A DNA stretch of 64,000 nt from Octopus sinensis (lineage: Eukaryota), in contig NC_043011.1 of assembly GCF_006345805.1 (NCBI RefSeq), forward strand, positions 31,570,464 through 31,634,463. Direction: 5' to 3'. The translations under genes and the position numbers were made by a program. Shown here piece after piece: positions 1 through 12,411 of this stretch; the first letter of the stretch is position 1, and each line of letters opens with the position of its first letter. The notes under the pieces were generated by a model. It saw only the letters and a list, made by a program, of their open reading frames with translations. It made no database searches and had not been told where the DNA came from.

Positions 1-1857
1 CAAAGCCTCAGATCCTCTAAGCTACGCCTGACCAACTCGAATTACATTGCAGACCACCTTAATCATAGAAACTTTTTGAGGACTGCTTGCATACTTTTTG
101 GACTAATAGTCAAATAATCAAATTACAGAATTAAAAATTTTTCATACTTTTCGCTTGTTTAAAATTATAAAATTGTAGGCTCTTGTTTTATTGCCACTTG
201 TAAATTTTAAAAGATAGCAAAAATGATGTCCAATTAATACTTGCAAACTACATAGGCGTGCTACAAGAATAGAGCACTACAGACAGAATTGAAAATATTT
301 TGCTTTCTCATGCTACTATTACAATAATGAATGAATGATCATTGATTCAACATGAAATATCATTGTCGCAAAAACCGCAGTATCTTACTTTTTTACTTCT
401 TATTAAAATCTTTAATTTTCATAAAAATTTTTAAATGTTTGTTTAAATAAACCCATTTCAAGAAAGTATCAAGCAGGCCGCAAGATAAAAGTCTGTGGGG
501 CCTCGGGTTGGCCAGCTCTGCTCTGAGCAAATAAAACCTTTTTTACACCATCAAGATACCAATAGATCATTGCCCATGCCAGCTCCGCTAGACCCCAAAT
601 CTTCTTGCAGGAAAAATAATAAATGCGTCAAAAAGGTCTCTAAGAAGTACACTCAGACTCTCCATGAGAAGTGGTGAGGATGTTGAGATTGATAACTGAT
701 GTATTGTACTTCACAGGCCACTGTTGTCAAATACCTTTAATGCACGTATCAACGTTGAGTTCAGTCACTAAGTGAAGCCAATTTAATATGTGTGCAAGTA
801 AGTCAGAAGTGGTGCTGTTGCTGCTTGTGCTAATGCACTTTAAAAACAAAATCACAAGCGATGACGTGCTCAGTTTCAATCGAAAAGAGACATTTTAGCA
901 GCATTTAAATATTCTGGTGCATTTTGGAATTACCAGTTGAAGAACAACACCTCTCCATCCGAACACTAAGAAGTCACCTTGGAAATAGAAAGTGTTTATT
1001 TTATTGAAAAAAAAATATTTCAATAACAAAAATACAACTCTGTATTTTTCAGTTTTTTTCGGGGAGTTTTTATACGTATTTTATTCAGATATAACATCTT
1101 TCTATACTTAGAATAAAAACAAGTTGAGTGGGTAGACAAGACATAGCGCTATAGAAGGCCGTTTTTAAATATGGAACTTTGACAAAAGTTAACACCGGTC
1201 ATCCAAGCAAGCTAGAGTGTATTTTACCATCGCATACCACTTTATAATGCTACAAGTATGAAGCTCGTTGGAGGATCTGCGAACTGTCCAGGGTCCAGTG
1301 TGCGACACATACAGAAAGGTATGTTTCAAACGAGACCTTTTTGAAACATACAGATAGGTATGTTTTAAACGAGACCTTTTTGAAGGTGATGCGCTGAAGA
1401 AGGCCACCATGACAGTAGTAACACTCTCGAAAGTAGCCATTTTGCTGTAGTATTTGAATCCACTTGTATTATAGTAAACTTCAAGCACCATAGTATGGAA
1501 ATTGGCTACACTGATATAAGTTTCATTTTGGTAATTAACGCTACTGAAGACAAAGTATTTTCTTTGGAAAGGTAAGAGCTTCCATCGTTTGTCCTTCCTA
1601 AGGTTAGAAGAAATCCGATCGGCAACATTCATGAAGGTCTACACGAGACAGTTTTTACAACATTGATGATATTCACCAACATGTAACTATTAAACTATAG
1701 CTACTATATGACTAAAGAACTACACTCAATAATCATCCTCCATTTATTGGTGAAATATGATACAAATGAAAATGATCCAAGCAATATTTGTAAGGAATTG
1801 GGATGGCAAAGGTTCTGTGATGGTACTGTGGTGATAAATTGGGATGGCAAAGGTTCT

Positions 1858-2269
1858 GGCGGCGAGCTGGCAGAAACGTCGAAATGCTTAGCAGTATTTC
1901 GTCTGCCGTTACGTTCTGAGTTCAAATTCCGTCGAGGTCGACTTTGCCTTTCATCCTTTCGGGGTCGATAAATTAAGTACCAGTTACGCACTGGGGTCGA
2001 TATAATCGACTTAATCCGTCTGTCTGTCCTTGTTTGTCTCCTCTGTGTTTAGCCCCTTGTGGGTAGTAAAGAAATAGGTATTTCGTCTGCCGTTACGTTA
2101 TGAGTTCAAATTCCGCCGAGGTCGACTTTGCCTTTCATCCTTTCGGGGTCGATAAATTAAGTACCAGTTACGCACTGGGGTCGATGTAATCGACTTAATC
2201 CTTTTGTCTGTCCTTGTTTGCTTGTTTGTCCTCTTTATGTTTAGCCCATTGTGGGCAATAAATAAATAA
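1858..2269 (+). mobile_element. tRNA-derived SINE (family A), tandem dimer whose second unit lacks the head
   Basis: Head ggcggcgagctggcagaaacg, box-B-like gagttcaaattcc and core ctttcatcctttcggggtcgataaattaagtaccag. The body repeats directly from ~2078. Many other copies lie in the window. Confidence 0.85.
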
Positions 2270-2319
2270 GATGGTACATAATGATTGTCTGTGATGAAAA
2301 TAATGACAAAAGTAAAAAC

Positions 2320-2680
2320 CATTCTACTTTGATTTTAAGCTACAAATTTTAAACGAATATTACCTCTTATTCCAAGAGGAGTACAACAAGATTAACTTAA
2401 TACTTACTTAAAATTATCATGTCTCTGTAGAAAAATGACAAATTTACAGTTGTGCACCCAAATAAGAACCCAGCTATATGATGTATATATATATCAGAGC
2501 CATTTGAAAACAATTTATTACAAGTGGGCAACGTGAAATTCAAACTAGATGCGCAAGGATGAATTGATATAGGAACTATCAATTTAAAAACATCAACTAT
2601 TGATGAACAGGAAGAAATTATTTTCACAAACATTCTGAAAACCACTAAAACCACAAACGGTTGACTGAAAGGACAAAAAA
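2320..2680 (+). pseudogene. Helitron RepHel PIF1-type helicase relic (motif III-IV region)
   Basis: Manual translation gives NFKRILPLIPRGVQQD*LNTYLKLSCLCRKMTNLQLCTQIRTQL, then after a frameshift SEPFENNLLQVGNVK. This resembles the Helitron GDFRQILPVIPRG...INACLKSS.LW...L.L..NMR.QL...F...LL.IGNG. Stops and frameshifts are present. Confidence 0.6.
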
Positions 2681-2684
2681 AATG

Positions 2685-3317
2685 TTTTTCCTTTGCCCTC
2701 ATTTATGAATTGTTTATAAATTTAACCGTTAAAGGTATTTTTTAATATGCTGGCCATTGATAAAATTTTTTTCGAGAAAATATTTTTTTTCGAAAAGAAT
2801 TTTATCCTCACATTTGATATAAATTTAAGCGTTCACTTCCGAACTAACTAACTCACTCTGTGAGAGCCTCAGTTCAAATCGCACGTGCCTCGAATGGGCT
2901 GGAGTATTTCTATTTTGGATGTATTTGGGGTACTTAATTGTGCCCATGACTTAGTATTTGCTTCTTCCATGGGTATGAGTATGTATCTCATTTATTTCTT
3001 TTGCCACATGTATCACTGACGAAGAGAGGGCTCTTAGTAGCTAACTCTGAAATCGGTCTGATATGGTAATAATGGAATTTTTTAGAAATTTCTGTCGACC
3101 TTTTTCGAGTAGCGTGCGTATTGTGAAAAAATTATATGGTTAATGGACAATATGTCCAATTTTTCGGCATATTTGGCATTAGAATTTTTTTCCTTTGCCC
3201 TCATTTATGAATTGTTCATAAATTTAACCGTTAAAGGTATTTTTTAATATACTGGCCATTGATAAAATTTTTTTCGAGAAAATATTTTTTTCGAAAAGAA
3301 TTTTATCCTCACATTTG

Positions 3318-3323
<6 letters not shown>
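2685..3323 (+). mobile_element. ~640-bp unit bounded by ~137-bp direct repeats (period 502 bp) with an internal hammerhead; Penelope pseudo-LTR or retrozyme-like
   Basis: 2685-2823 and 3187-3323 are near-identical (two substitutions plus T-run length differences). A hammerhead core lies between them at 3009-3066. Confidence 0.55.
3009..3066 (+). ncRNA. Minimal type I hammerhead ribozyme
   Basis: Stem I tatca(3011-15)/tgata(3059-63); CUGACGA 3016-22; stem II agag(3023-26)/ctct(3045-48); GAAA 3049-52; short stem III ending in a GUC cleavage triplet at 3056-58 (gaaatcggtc, one change from the gaaaccggtc typical of Penelope-type minimal hammerheads). Confidence 0.6.
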
Positions 3324-3364
<41 letters not shown>

Positions 3365-3415
3365 ACACGCGCGCACGCACACATACACACACACACACAC
3401 ACATATAAATATATA

Positions 3416-3571
3416 GGCGCAGGTGTGGTTGTGTGGTGAGTAACTTGCTTACCAGCCACATGGTTCCAGATTCAGTCCCACTGCATGGCACCTTGGGTGT
3501 CTTCTACTATAGTCTCGGGCCGACCAAAGCCTTGTGAGTGGATTTGGTAGACGGAAACTGAAAGAAGCCTG

Positions 3572-3660
<89 letters not shown>

Positions 3661-3800
3661 TGTGTTTGTCCTTCCAGCATCGCTTGACAACCGATGCTGG
3701 TGTGTTTACGTCCCAGGACTTATTCTATCGGTCCCTTTTTCTGAACCGCTAATTTACGGGGACATAAACACACCAACAAGCTGTCAAGCGATGGTGGGGG
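3416..3800 (+). mobile_element. tRNA/CORE-like SINE (family B) with internal (TG)n and a rearranged 3' part
   Basis: Head ggcgcaggtgtggttgtgtgg, CORE-like ggcaccttggg...gtcttctactatag and acggaaactgaaagaagcc. Homologous to the copy at 4676-5082. Confidence 0.8.
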
Positions 3801-4146
3801 TAAAAACACAGACACAAAAACACACACATATAAATATAAATACACACACACACACACACGCATGGCCACTCACACGCACACACGGCCACAGATACATACA
3901 CTTGGCCACACATGCACACTTACAAAGAGGTCCTTACAAACACTCATACACACATATACATACACACACACATACACATACACATTCATACACTCCGAAC
4001 GCGCCCACGCAGCTGTCACCTCGCCTCTCACACCCCATCACACCCCACATGCACACACGCACACTCACACACACTCACGTACATATACCTTCACATACAC
4101 AACCTCATAATCAATCATATGCATATATACACACACATTCATACGC

Positions 4147-4211
<65 letters not shown>

Positions 4212-4617
4212 AGAGAAAGAGAGAGAGGGGAGGAGAGAGAGAAAGAGAGAGAGAGACACGCACTCACAGGTATGTACATGCACATACACATACATTCCCA
4301 CTCCGTCGTACGCATATATTCAAGCACACACATAGATACTACCACAGACACACACACACTCACTGACCATCTTCGCACTCTCCTGTCCCCCCCAAAACCA
4401 CTTTCTCTATCTCTTTCTACTTCCGGTCACTTCAGTAATGTAACTACACACATACTGTTGGCGATTTCTTTTCCTTCTTTGGACTTTTCCCATTTTCCCT
4501 TTCCAACGAAAGGCTATGCTCGAAACGTCAAACTCTCTCTTGTTACCAAGCGTCAGGCTAATACATTCCTTGTGCACGTCCTCTTGTTAATTTTATTATT
4601 CGTTTATTTGAATTGAC

Positions 4618-4655
<38 letters not shown>

Positions 4656-4675
4656 ATATAATATATATATATATA

Positions 4676-5082
4676 CGCTTTACTCTTTTACTTGTTTCAG
4701 TCATTTGACTGCGGCCATGCTGGAGCACCGCCTTTAGTCGAGCAAATCGACCCCGGGACTTATTCTTTGTAAGCCCAGTACTTATTCTATCGGTCTCTTT
4801 TGCCGAACCGCTAAGTGACGGGGACGTAAACACACCAGCATCGGTTGTCAAGCAATGCTAGGGGGACAAACATGGACACACAAACATATACACACACTTA
4901 TATATATATACATATATACGACAGGCTTCTTTCAGTTTCCGTCTACCAAATCCACTCACAAGGCATTGGTCGGCCCGGGGCTATAGCAGAAGACACTTGC
5001 CCAAGATGCCACGCAGTGGGACTGAACCCGGAACCATGTGGTTGGTTAGCAAGCTACTTACCACACAGCCACTCCTGCGCCT
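4676..5082 (-). mobile_element. Full-length family B SINE
   Basis: On the minus strand: ggcgcaggagtggctgtgtgg head, CORE-like middle, internal microsatellite, cttagcggttcggcaaaagagaccgatagaataag segment and tail tgactgaaacaagtaaaagagtaaaag. Confidence 0.85.
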
Positions 5083-5147
5083 ATATATATATATATATAT
5101 TATATATATATATATTATATATATATATATATTATATATTATATATA

Positions 5148-5188
<41 letters not shown>

Positions 5189-5193
5189 GTATG

Positions 5194-5227
<34 letters not shown>

Positions 5228-5229
5228 TG

Positions 5230-5261
<32 letters not shown>

Positions 5262-5430
5262 TGAATGTATGTATGTATGTATGTATGTATACAGAATTTT
5301 TCATCTTTTAATTTGCATTACCTTTCCAATTGTAATACAAATAAAACGAACCAAGCATCTTTTTAATTTTTCTTCTCCAGTTTCTTTTATTGACATTTTG
5401 ATTATATATCTATATCTATATCTATATCTA

Positions 5431-5566
<136 letters not shown>

Positions 5567-5568
5567 AG

Positions 5569-5639
<71 letters not shown>

Positions 5640-5714
5640 CAGATAGATAGATAGATAGATAGACAGAAAGATAGACAGACAGATAGACAGACAGACAGAT
5701 AGACAGATGGACGG

Positions 5715-5813
<99 letters not shown>

Positions 5814-6974
5814 TCCCAAACGCTTTTAGAACTGTCCCAAACTTTTGCTCTAAATATTGCCTGGAACAGGACAATCGTTCTTCGTTAACCCCAAATTCAA
5901 AAATCGGGCCCCGCACTGGACATTGGACATTACCGTTCGAGTAGTTGTACTCACTGTACCGGTTACTCGCTTGTTTTATGGCGAATAATTGACCTAAATC
6001 ACAACTCACCACTTGATTACTGTGTCGTGTCAGCCTATCACAGAGTTAATTATTTACAGCTGAGTGGATAAGAGCCAATTGAAATGAAGTGTTTTGCGGA
6101 AAATCACAACGCCCAGTCTCGGAACTGAAACCGCGGTTTTGTGATCGCGAGTGCAGCATTCTAGCCACTAGGCCACCCGCCGTCAAAATGCAACCCCCTG
6201 CCCACCATCAATTCCTCATTGACTGACCTGAAACAAGTTCCACCTTATCTTATCACGTTTCAAAGACAGATAATATGCAACCTGTAAAATTATACAAATG
6301 GAGCTTCTTACAATATTGTTTAGCCACAGGTCATGTCAACCTAGATTAAGTAAATCTATGATTAAAGACATTCCACACATGAACATCCCTGTCTTAGATG
6401 CATGCTTAAATTACATTATGTTGCTTCATTTCCCGAGAGAGTAGAATATGATGAGACTGAGATTTCGGAGCTCTTCCTAACAGATCAAGCGACTACATAT
6501 AACTTACTGCGTTAGATTCTCCCGTTATCTAAAAGGTATATAATTTCAATTTCTATATATAAATTTAGAATCATATTTAATTAATTTAATTAACTACACT
6601 CTCACTCATACATACACAAACACACACACACACATTACACACAAACACATTAAAAATTTTAATTTCAAAATCAACTATACACACATGCATGCATACATAC
6701 GTACATACATATATATATATACATATATATACATACATACACACACACATACACACACACACACATATAAATATATATATATATATATACATACATACAC
6801 ACACACATACACATATGCATGTATGTGTATTCATGTATATCCATTTATATGTGTGTATATATGTATTTGAATATATTTATACATGTGTGTGTATGTATGT
6901 ATATCTATATACATATACATGTACATGTATTCACATATGTATATGTATTTATATATATATATATATATATATAT

Positions 6975-7217
6975 TCGCCCTTTTAAAACCTAGCCAAGAT
7001 CATGGGCTCGGTTTCCCGGTTTCAATGTTGTATGTGTTCCCCAGCTGGACGGGACGCCAGTCCATCGCAGCGTTACTCATTTTTGCGAGCTGAGTGGACC
7101 GGAGCAACGTGAAATGGAGTGTTTTGCTCAAGAACACAACGCGTCGCCCGGTCCAGGAATCGAACCCACAATCTTACGATCCTGATGCTGACACCCTAAC
7201 CACTAAGCCACGTGCCT

Positions 7218-7220
<3 letters not shown>
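6975..7220 (-). mobile_element. tRNA/CORE-like SINE (family D)
   Basis: On the minus strand: tggaggcacgtggcttagtggttagg (box A), ggttcgattcc (box B) and gttgtgttcttgagcaaaacac. Related fragments at ~6050-6180 and ~47560-47790. Confidence 0.8.
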
Positions 7221-7259
<39 letters not shown>

Positions 7260-7736
7260 GTATTATGTATATGCGCGTGTGTGTCTATGTGTGTGTACAA
7301 ACACACATACACATGGTCTCTTCGATTTATAGAAAAACGATAATTCGTTAATTCGTTTCGTCTCTACCTGCGAATCCTGCGCTAATCTCTACTGCTGTAT
7401 ATAGTAGCACCCGGCTTTAAAATCTTCTGTCTCCCCACTGAAGAACATGACAACATGTGAAACTTTTAATGTCTGGAGTAATACATATTTATTTTAATTC
7501 TACTGATATAGTTTGCGAGGTTCCTAAGTATATCCAAATGTATAATTGTACATATAGACTCGTTACACATACACACGCCGCACGCGTGTATACATACTCA
7601 AATATCTTTGTTAATAAGCTATCAATTGAGATTTTTGAAAATGAAGGTCCTAGAATCACTTACAGAGCTCTACGTCGATGTAATATGCTTTACTTTGAGT
7701 GGTAAGTTCTCTTTTTGTTGGTTAAACTTGCCAACC

Positions 7737-7797
<61 letters not shown>

Positions 7798-8589
7798 TGC
7801 GTGTGTATGTACACGTGGATCTTGCCAGATGGTGTATCTGGGAAGCGCAAGATACCCCTGAGCGGATTAGAGTGTCAATTTCGACAATTTTAAGATAGCT
7901 GATGCAGTGGTTACTGCATGAATGTACACTTTTTAAAAATTTTAACGTCTGATAGTAGAAATGATGTTTTCTAGGCAAGAAAAGCTAACATTAACATTGT
8001 GCGCTGTAAAGTATTTATGGTATTTACGTGAAAAGTTGTACTTTACAAGAGAAAGAAAATTCTTGGCATTGTTCGTAGAAACATTCAAGTTGTGTGTACG
8101 TGATGGTGGTGAGTAAAGCAGATTACTTACTTTTCCAAACTCACCTTGAATTGATACGTTAGGGTATCCCTGTCTCTAAACCAACATCTTATTGAAGCTA
8201 CTTATGGCTAGCACTTCGTTGTAAGTTCTGCTGCTGTATCGAAAATTTCCCTGTCTGAGATTAAGTTAGAAACTCTCCTAACGTAATATCTACAAAATTT
8301 TGTTATCGTTAGGTCAGTGCCAATAATAATTAAATAATACTAAATTAAATAATACTAAAAAGATAAACAAAAAGTTGTTAAATTACGCCTATTAAAGAAT
8401 AATTATATTTAAACCAAATCCCTTGAATATGCCTGTGAAGCCCTTTCTTAATCTGTCTATGGGCGGAGGCATTCCTATTGCGTGAGATTAGCGAATATCA
8501 GTAATGTACCAACCGAAGTTATAAGAGATTCTCTTCTTAAAGTGTCAAGTGTGAAAAGTCCTCTACCTTTGTACCATCGTAATGGTACC

Positions 8590-8976
8590 TGACTGAAGCA
8601 CTCCGTCGGTTACGACGACGAGGGTTCCGGTTGATCCGAATCAACGGAACAGCCTGCTCGTGAAATTAACGTGTAAGTGGCTGAGCACTCCACAGACACG
8701 TGTACCCTTAACGTAGTTCTCGGGGATATTCAGCGTGACACAGAGAGTGACAAGGCCGACCCTTTGAAATACAGGTACAACAGAAACAGGAAGTAAGAGT
8801 GAGAGAAAGTTGTGGTGAAAGAGTACAACAGGGATCACCACCATCCCTGCCGGAGCCTCGTGGAGCTTTAGGTGTTTTCGCTCAATAAACACTCACAACG
8901 CCCGGTCTGGGAATCGAAACCGCGATCCTATGACCGCGAGTCCGCTGCCCTAACCACTGGGCCATTGCGCCTCCAC
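8590..8976 (-). mobile_element. tRNA-derived SINE (family F) with a perfect 12-bp target-site duplication
   Basis: Minus-strand head gtggaggcgcaatggcccagtggttagg...tttcgattccc. The sequence cgtaatggtacc flanks it at 8578-8589 and 8977-8988. Confidence 0.85.
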
Positions 8977-9610
8977 CGTAATGGTACCATCAAACAATAG
9001 ATAATATCCTTTTTTACACAGTAGGAGTTGTCATGGTATAACAATAGCATCCTGGCATTCACCACTATCCTAATGTCTAGATCACTAATGGTGGTGAACA
9101 GTTTTCTAAAGTTCGGAGTTGTCAGGAAGATTAATTTTGATACGGCTGTATAGAAACCCATTATACCAAACTGAGAATATCTGAAGGCTGCTTTATTTCC
9201 AATATCGTATTATTTATTATTTTTTTGTAGTTAGTTTTGAACCATAAAGTTAAATCCATATTTAACGTTTCCAGACCTTCACCGTCTCATTTCCAAGAAC
9301 TAAGATAGATTTAACGTTTGCATTGTTTTTTATATGCTGATCAGATTTTTGAAGACTTTCTCACCAAAGGCTTTTAGCAGTCACGTGTTACTCTGTTTTA
9401 TTGTGGTGAAACTTCTTTTTATTTATTATTTTTAACCCTAAAATTTTCATATTAGTAACAATGTGTTAAGTTTTTGATATGTGTGAATGAAACAAATGCA
9501 TATGCTTACATGGAAACAGCGAATGCCCACACAGCTAAATGATGTCGGTCGTAAAATTACTCCTTAGAGGATTACTTATATTTTTGACCTGAAATAAGGC
9601 TCCTGAGAAA

Positions 9611-10220
9611 GAAATCTACAGAAGAAAACAAATATTTACTAACAACGGATATTCCAACAGACTTGTAGAACGAGCTTTAGAAGAATACTGACTCAAATAC
9701 GATAAAACAAATTTCTCAGAGTATACAATCAATAAAAATACACAAATCATATGTAAAAATCATTATACAGATCAAATGCATAGCAACTGTCGAACAGATG
9801 AATATATGATCAAAAACCTCATAAAACGAAACACAAAATGCTTCACACCTAACTGTAATCTTAAACTAATTGTATGTTACAAAAACACTAGTACCAAAAA
9901 TCGCCTCGTCAATAACACACCACAAACATGTTAACCTGAGCACAAGCCACTAATGACCAATGTAATTAACAAATTTGACTGTAAAATTGAAAGTTGTAAA
10001 CTTCAGGATTACAGCTGTTGCATTGGAGATAATAGTACAATAGTCTTTCGTAGGCCACCATGCATTTGCAACAAAGAAGAATTGCAACGTACTATACACG
10101 CTATATATTATAGCACACGAAAAACATTTGTAAACATTATAAAATTCCTTACAAAAACAGAAGATTAATCAGGGAGGCTATACTTATATTGTAACATAAT
10201 ACCAAAATATAAATGCAAGC
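9611..10220 (+). pseudogene. Penelope-like element relic (RT thumb/linker plus GIY-YIG endonuclease)
   Basis: Manual translation: EIYRRKQIFTNNGYSNRLVERAL, NLKLIVCYKN...NN, TNVINKFDCKIESC...CIG (GIY-YIG region, ORF 9953-10168) and NRRLIREAILIL. These are PLE-type motifs interrupted by stops and frameshifts. Confidence 0.7.
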
Positions 10221-10297
10221 AACACACACATAAAAAAATTAACTAATGGCATGAAAACCTAACGGTCAAATCAAGAAGAAAGTCCACCACAATAAAA

Positions 10298-10983
10298 CAA
10301 AAGGGACTCAATCTTAAAATAGCTTAGCGGTTCGCAAATAGAGATCGATAAACTAACTTACCGGTTCGCCAAAGATAATCGATAAAATAACTTAGCGGAT
10401 CGCCAAAGGAGACCGATAAAATAAGTTAGCGGTTCCCCAAATGAGGTCAATAAAATAACTTAGCGGTTCGCCAAAGATGATCGATGAATAACTTAGCGGT
10501 TCGCCATACGCTAAGTTAATTTATTGACACCTAATTTATCGAACCGCTAAGTTAATTTATCGAACCCTTTGGCAAACTGCTATGTTATTTTGTCGATCAC
10601 GTTTGAGGAATCACTACGTTATTTTATCGATCTCCTTTGGCGAACGGCTAAGTTATTTTATCGACCGCCTTTGGCGGACCGCTAAGTTATTTAATCGCTC
10701 CCCTTTGGCGAACCACTAGGTTATTTTATCGATCACTTTTGGCGAACCACTAAGTTATTTTATCGTTCTTATATAGCGAACCGCTAAGTTATTTGATCGA
10801 TCATCTTTGGCGAACCGCTAAGTTATTTTATTAACTTCATTTGGGGAACTGCTAATTTATTTTATCGATCTCCTTTGGCGATCCGCTAAGTTATTTTATC
10901 GATTACCTTTGGCGAACCGGTAAGTTAGTTTATCGATCTCTATTTGCGAACCGCTAAGTTATTTTAAGATTGAGTCCCTTTTG
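10298..10983. mobile_element. Foldback-like palindrome: ~210-bp inverted arms built from ~20 copies of a 34-bp module
   Basis: Ends read caaaagggactcaatcttaaaat and attttaagattgagtcccttttg. Six modules point right and ~14 point left. Module-specific variants are mirrored in order. No target-site duplication found. Confidence 0.8.
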
Positions 10984-11923
10984 CCTGCTTTCAATCTAAT
11001 TTTCAACATGTCAAAGTGGAAGCAGATTTGTAATTTAAGCGCGGAAATGTAATTTTTCATAAATGGCAGAAAGATAGATGGAGAATTATAGAGAGTAAGA
11101 GAAAGCGAAGTAGAGTCCGAAGGAAAGGAAGAGTAAAAGAGTGGGAAAGTGAGAGAGAAAGGAGGGAGAATGTGGCGATAAGAAACAGAAAGGAAGCAAC
11201 AGAAAGTAACAACCACACCCTCACCCGTGCTGTGAGCGAGTCACCTTAAGCTATATATATATATATATATATATATCTTCTACAGCCTTTAGGACTTACT
11301 CCATCTTACCCTGTGCTACCCCACTTAGTTCCTTTAATAGCTGCAAAGCTCTTTCTGTTGTATTTGTGGTATTTCTATAATTATTATTTTCTTTCTTCTG
11401 TTGTATATAGCTGTAAGGCTTCGCGTTGTTATATAATGCATAATTCTTCGTATGTTCTGTTTATATAAAGCCGTGTTCGTTTCTGTCTCAGTGTACATTC
11501 ACTAGCATAATAACAGCTCTGGCACCTCCAAGATTGAGTGATCTCAATGATAATGGTGCAAAACCACGATGATATTTTGGCCATAAGGCTTCGTGCTGTT
11601 ATATATCCATAATTTGTTGTATTTATATAATGTTTTGTTTATTTCTATCTGAGCACACATTCACTAACTTTTTCCCAGTAGCTTAATAAAAGTACTGGCA
11701 CCTGCAAAACTGAGCAGTATCAAAGGTAATTGGCATGAAACTGCTCTGATATTTTGCATCTTTGACTGAAGAGAAAGATTCAGCCGCGAATATTCCGTGT
11801 ATCTTGTCTTAGTCTATATTCCCTGTCCGTTAAGTTTTCGTTTTGTTTCCAATTTGCTCTGCTTTCATCTAACTTTTTCTCCTTGTGTTCTGTCTGTTCA
11901 ATCCTTGATACATATACATATAC

Positions 11924-11958
<35 letters not shown>

Positions 11959-12353
11959 ATATATATATATATATATACGACCATACACTCACACATACAG
12001 AAACACACATCATTTAAGCAAATGTGAGCTTAAAGAAATACCTCTGCGTCACCACGCCTCTCCTTTTCCTTTATGACATATCTGTTTGGAGAATTATTGA
12101 ATCTAGAAATTATCTCTCTTTCTCATATAGAGCTGGTCTTAATTACCATTTGATAATTCTGATAATCCTCAAGTGGTGGAGATAATGTTAATAATCAAGA
12201 ATTTATGTTATATGGTGTTTGTTATTCCTGTATTTGTCTGTGTTTTTCATATACATGTCACTGCTTATTTTTATTTAAATTATACAAATTACTTTGGCTA
12301 TAAATGTGTTCTTTCTTTGTATAAAACTAATTCCTGTCGCTACTAATAAGTTT

Positions 12354-12411
12354 GGACAATTGTCATACTGATGATGTCTATCAAGGCAGAAACGTGTGCC
12401 CATGACTGTCC
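12354..12411 (+). ncRNA. Degenerate type I hammerhead-like motif
   Basis: CUGAUGA 12368-74; stem II tgtc/ggca; GAAA 12389-92; stem I ggaca..gtcat/atgac.tgtcc. The cleavage triplet is GUG (non-cleavable) and the stem I register is offset. Confidence 0.35.

Noticed and set aside
23-521. hAT-type MITE with CAG.GCTGGCCAAC-like ends
   Set aside because: The right end resembles hAT TIRs but the left end matches at only about 9/15 positions and no 8-bp TSD was seen.
1189-1632. 147-aa minus-strand ORF as a gene or transposase
   Set aside because: Only weak, mutually inconsistent resemblance to hAT or Tc1 C-termini in different frames. The repeated KRSRLKHT.LYVS comes from a 39-bp tandem duplication (1307-1345, 1346-1384). 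It cannot be assigned without a profile search.
8900-8976. tRNA gene (also ~7150-7220 and other SINE heads)
   Set aside because: Box A/B are present but the acceptor and anticodon stems do not pair, and the sequence continues into a SINE body with a TSD.
11414-11710. Diverged ~170-bp tandem duplication (taaggcttcg at 11414 and 11584)
   Set aside because: Real but old, only two units and no associated structure. A nearby ctgaaga motif at ~11766 does not complete a hammerhead.
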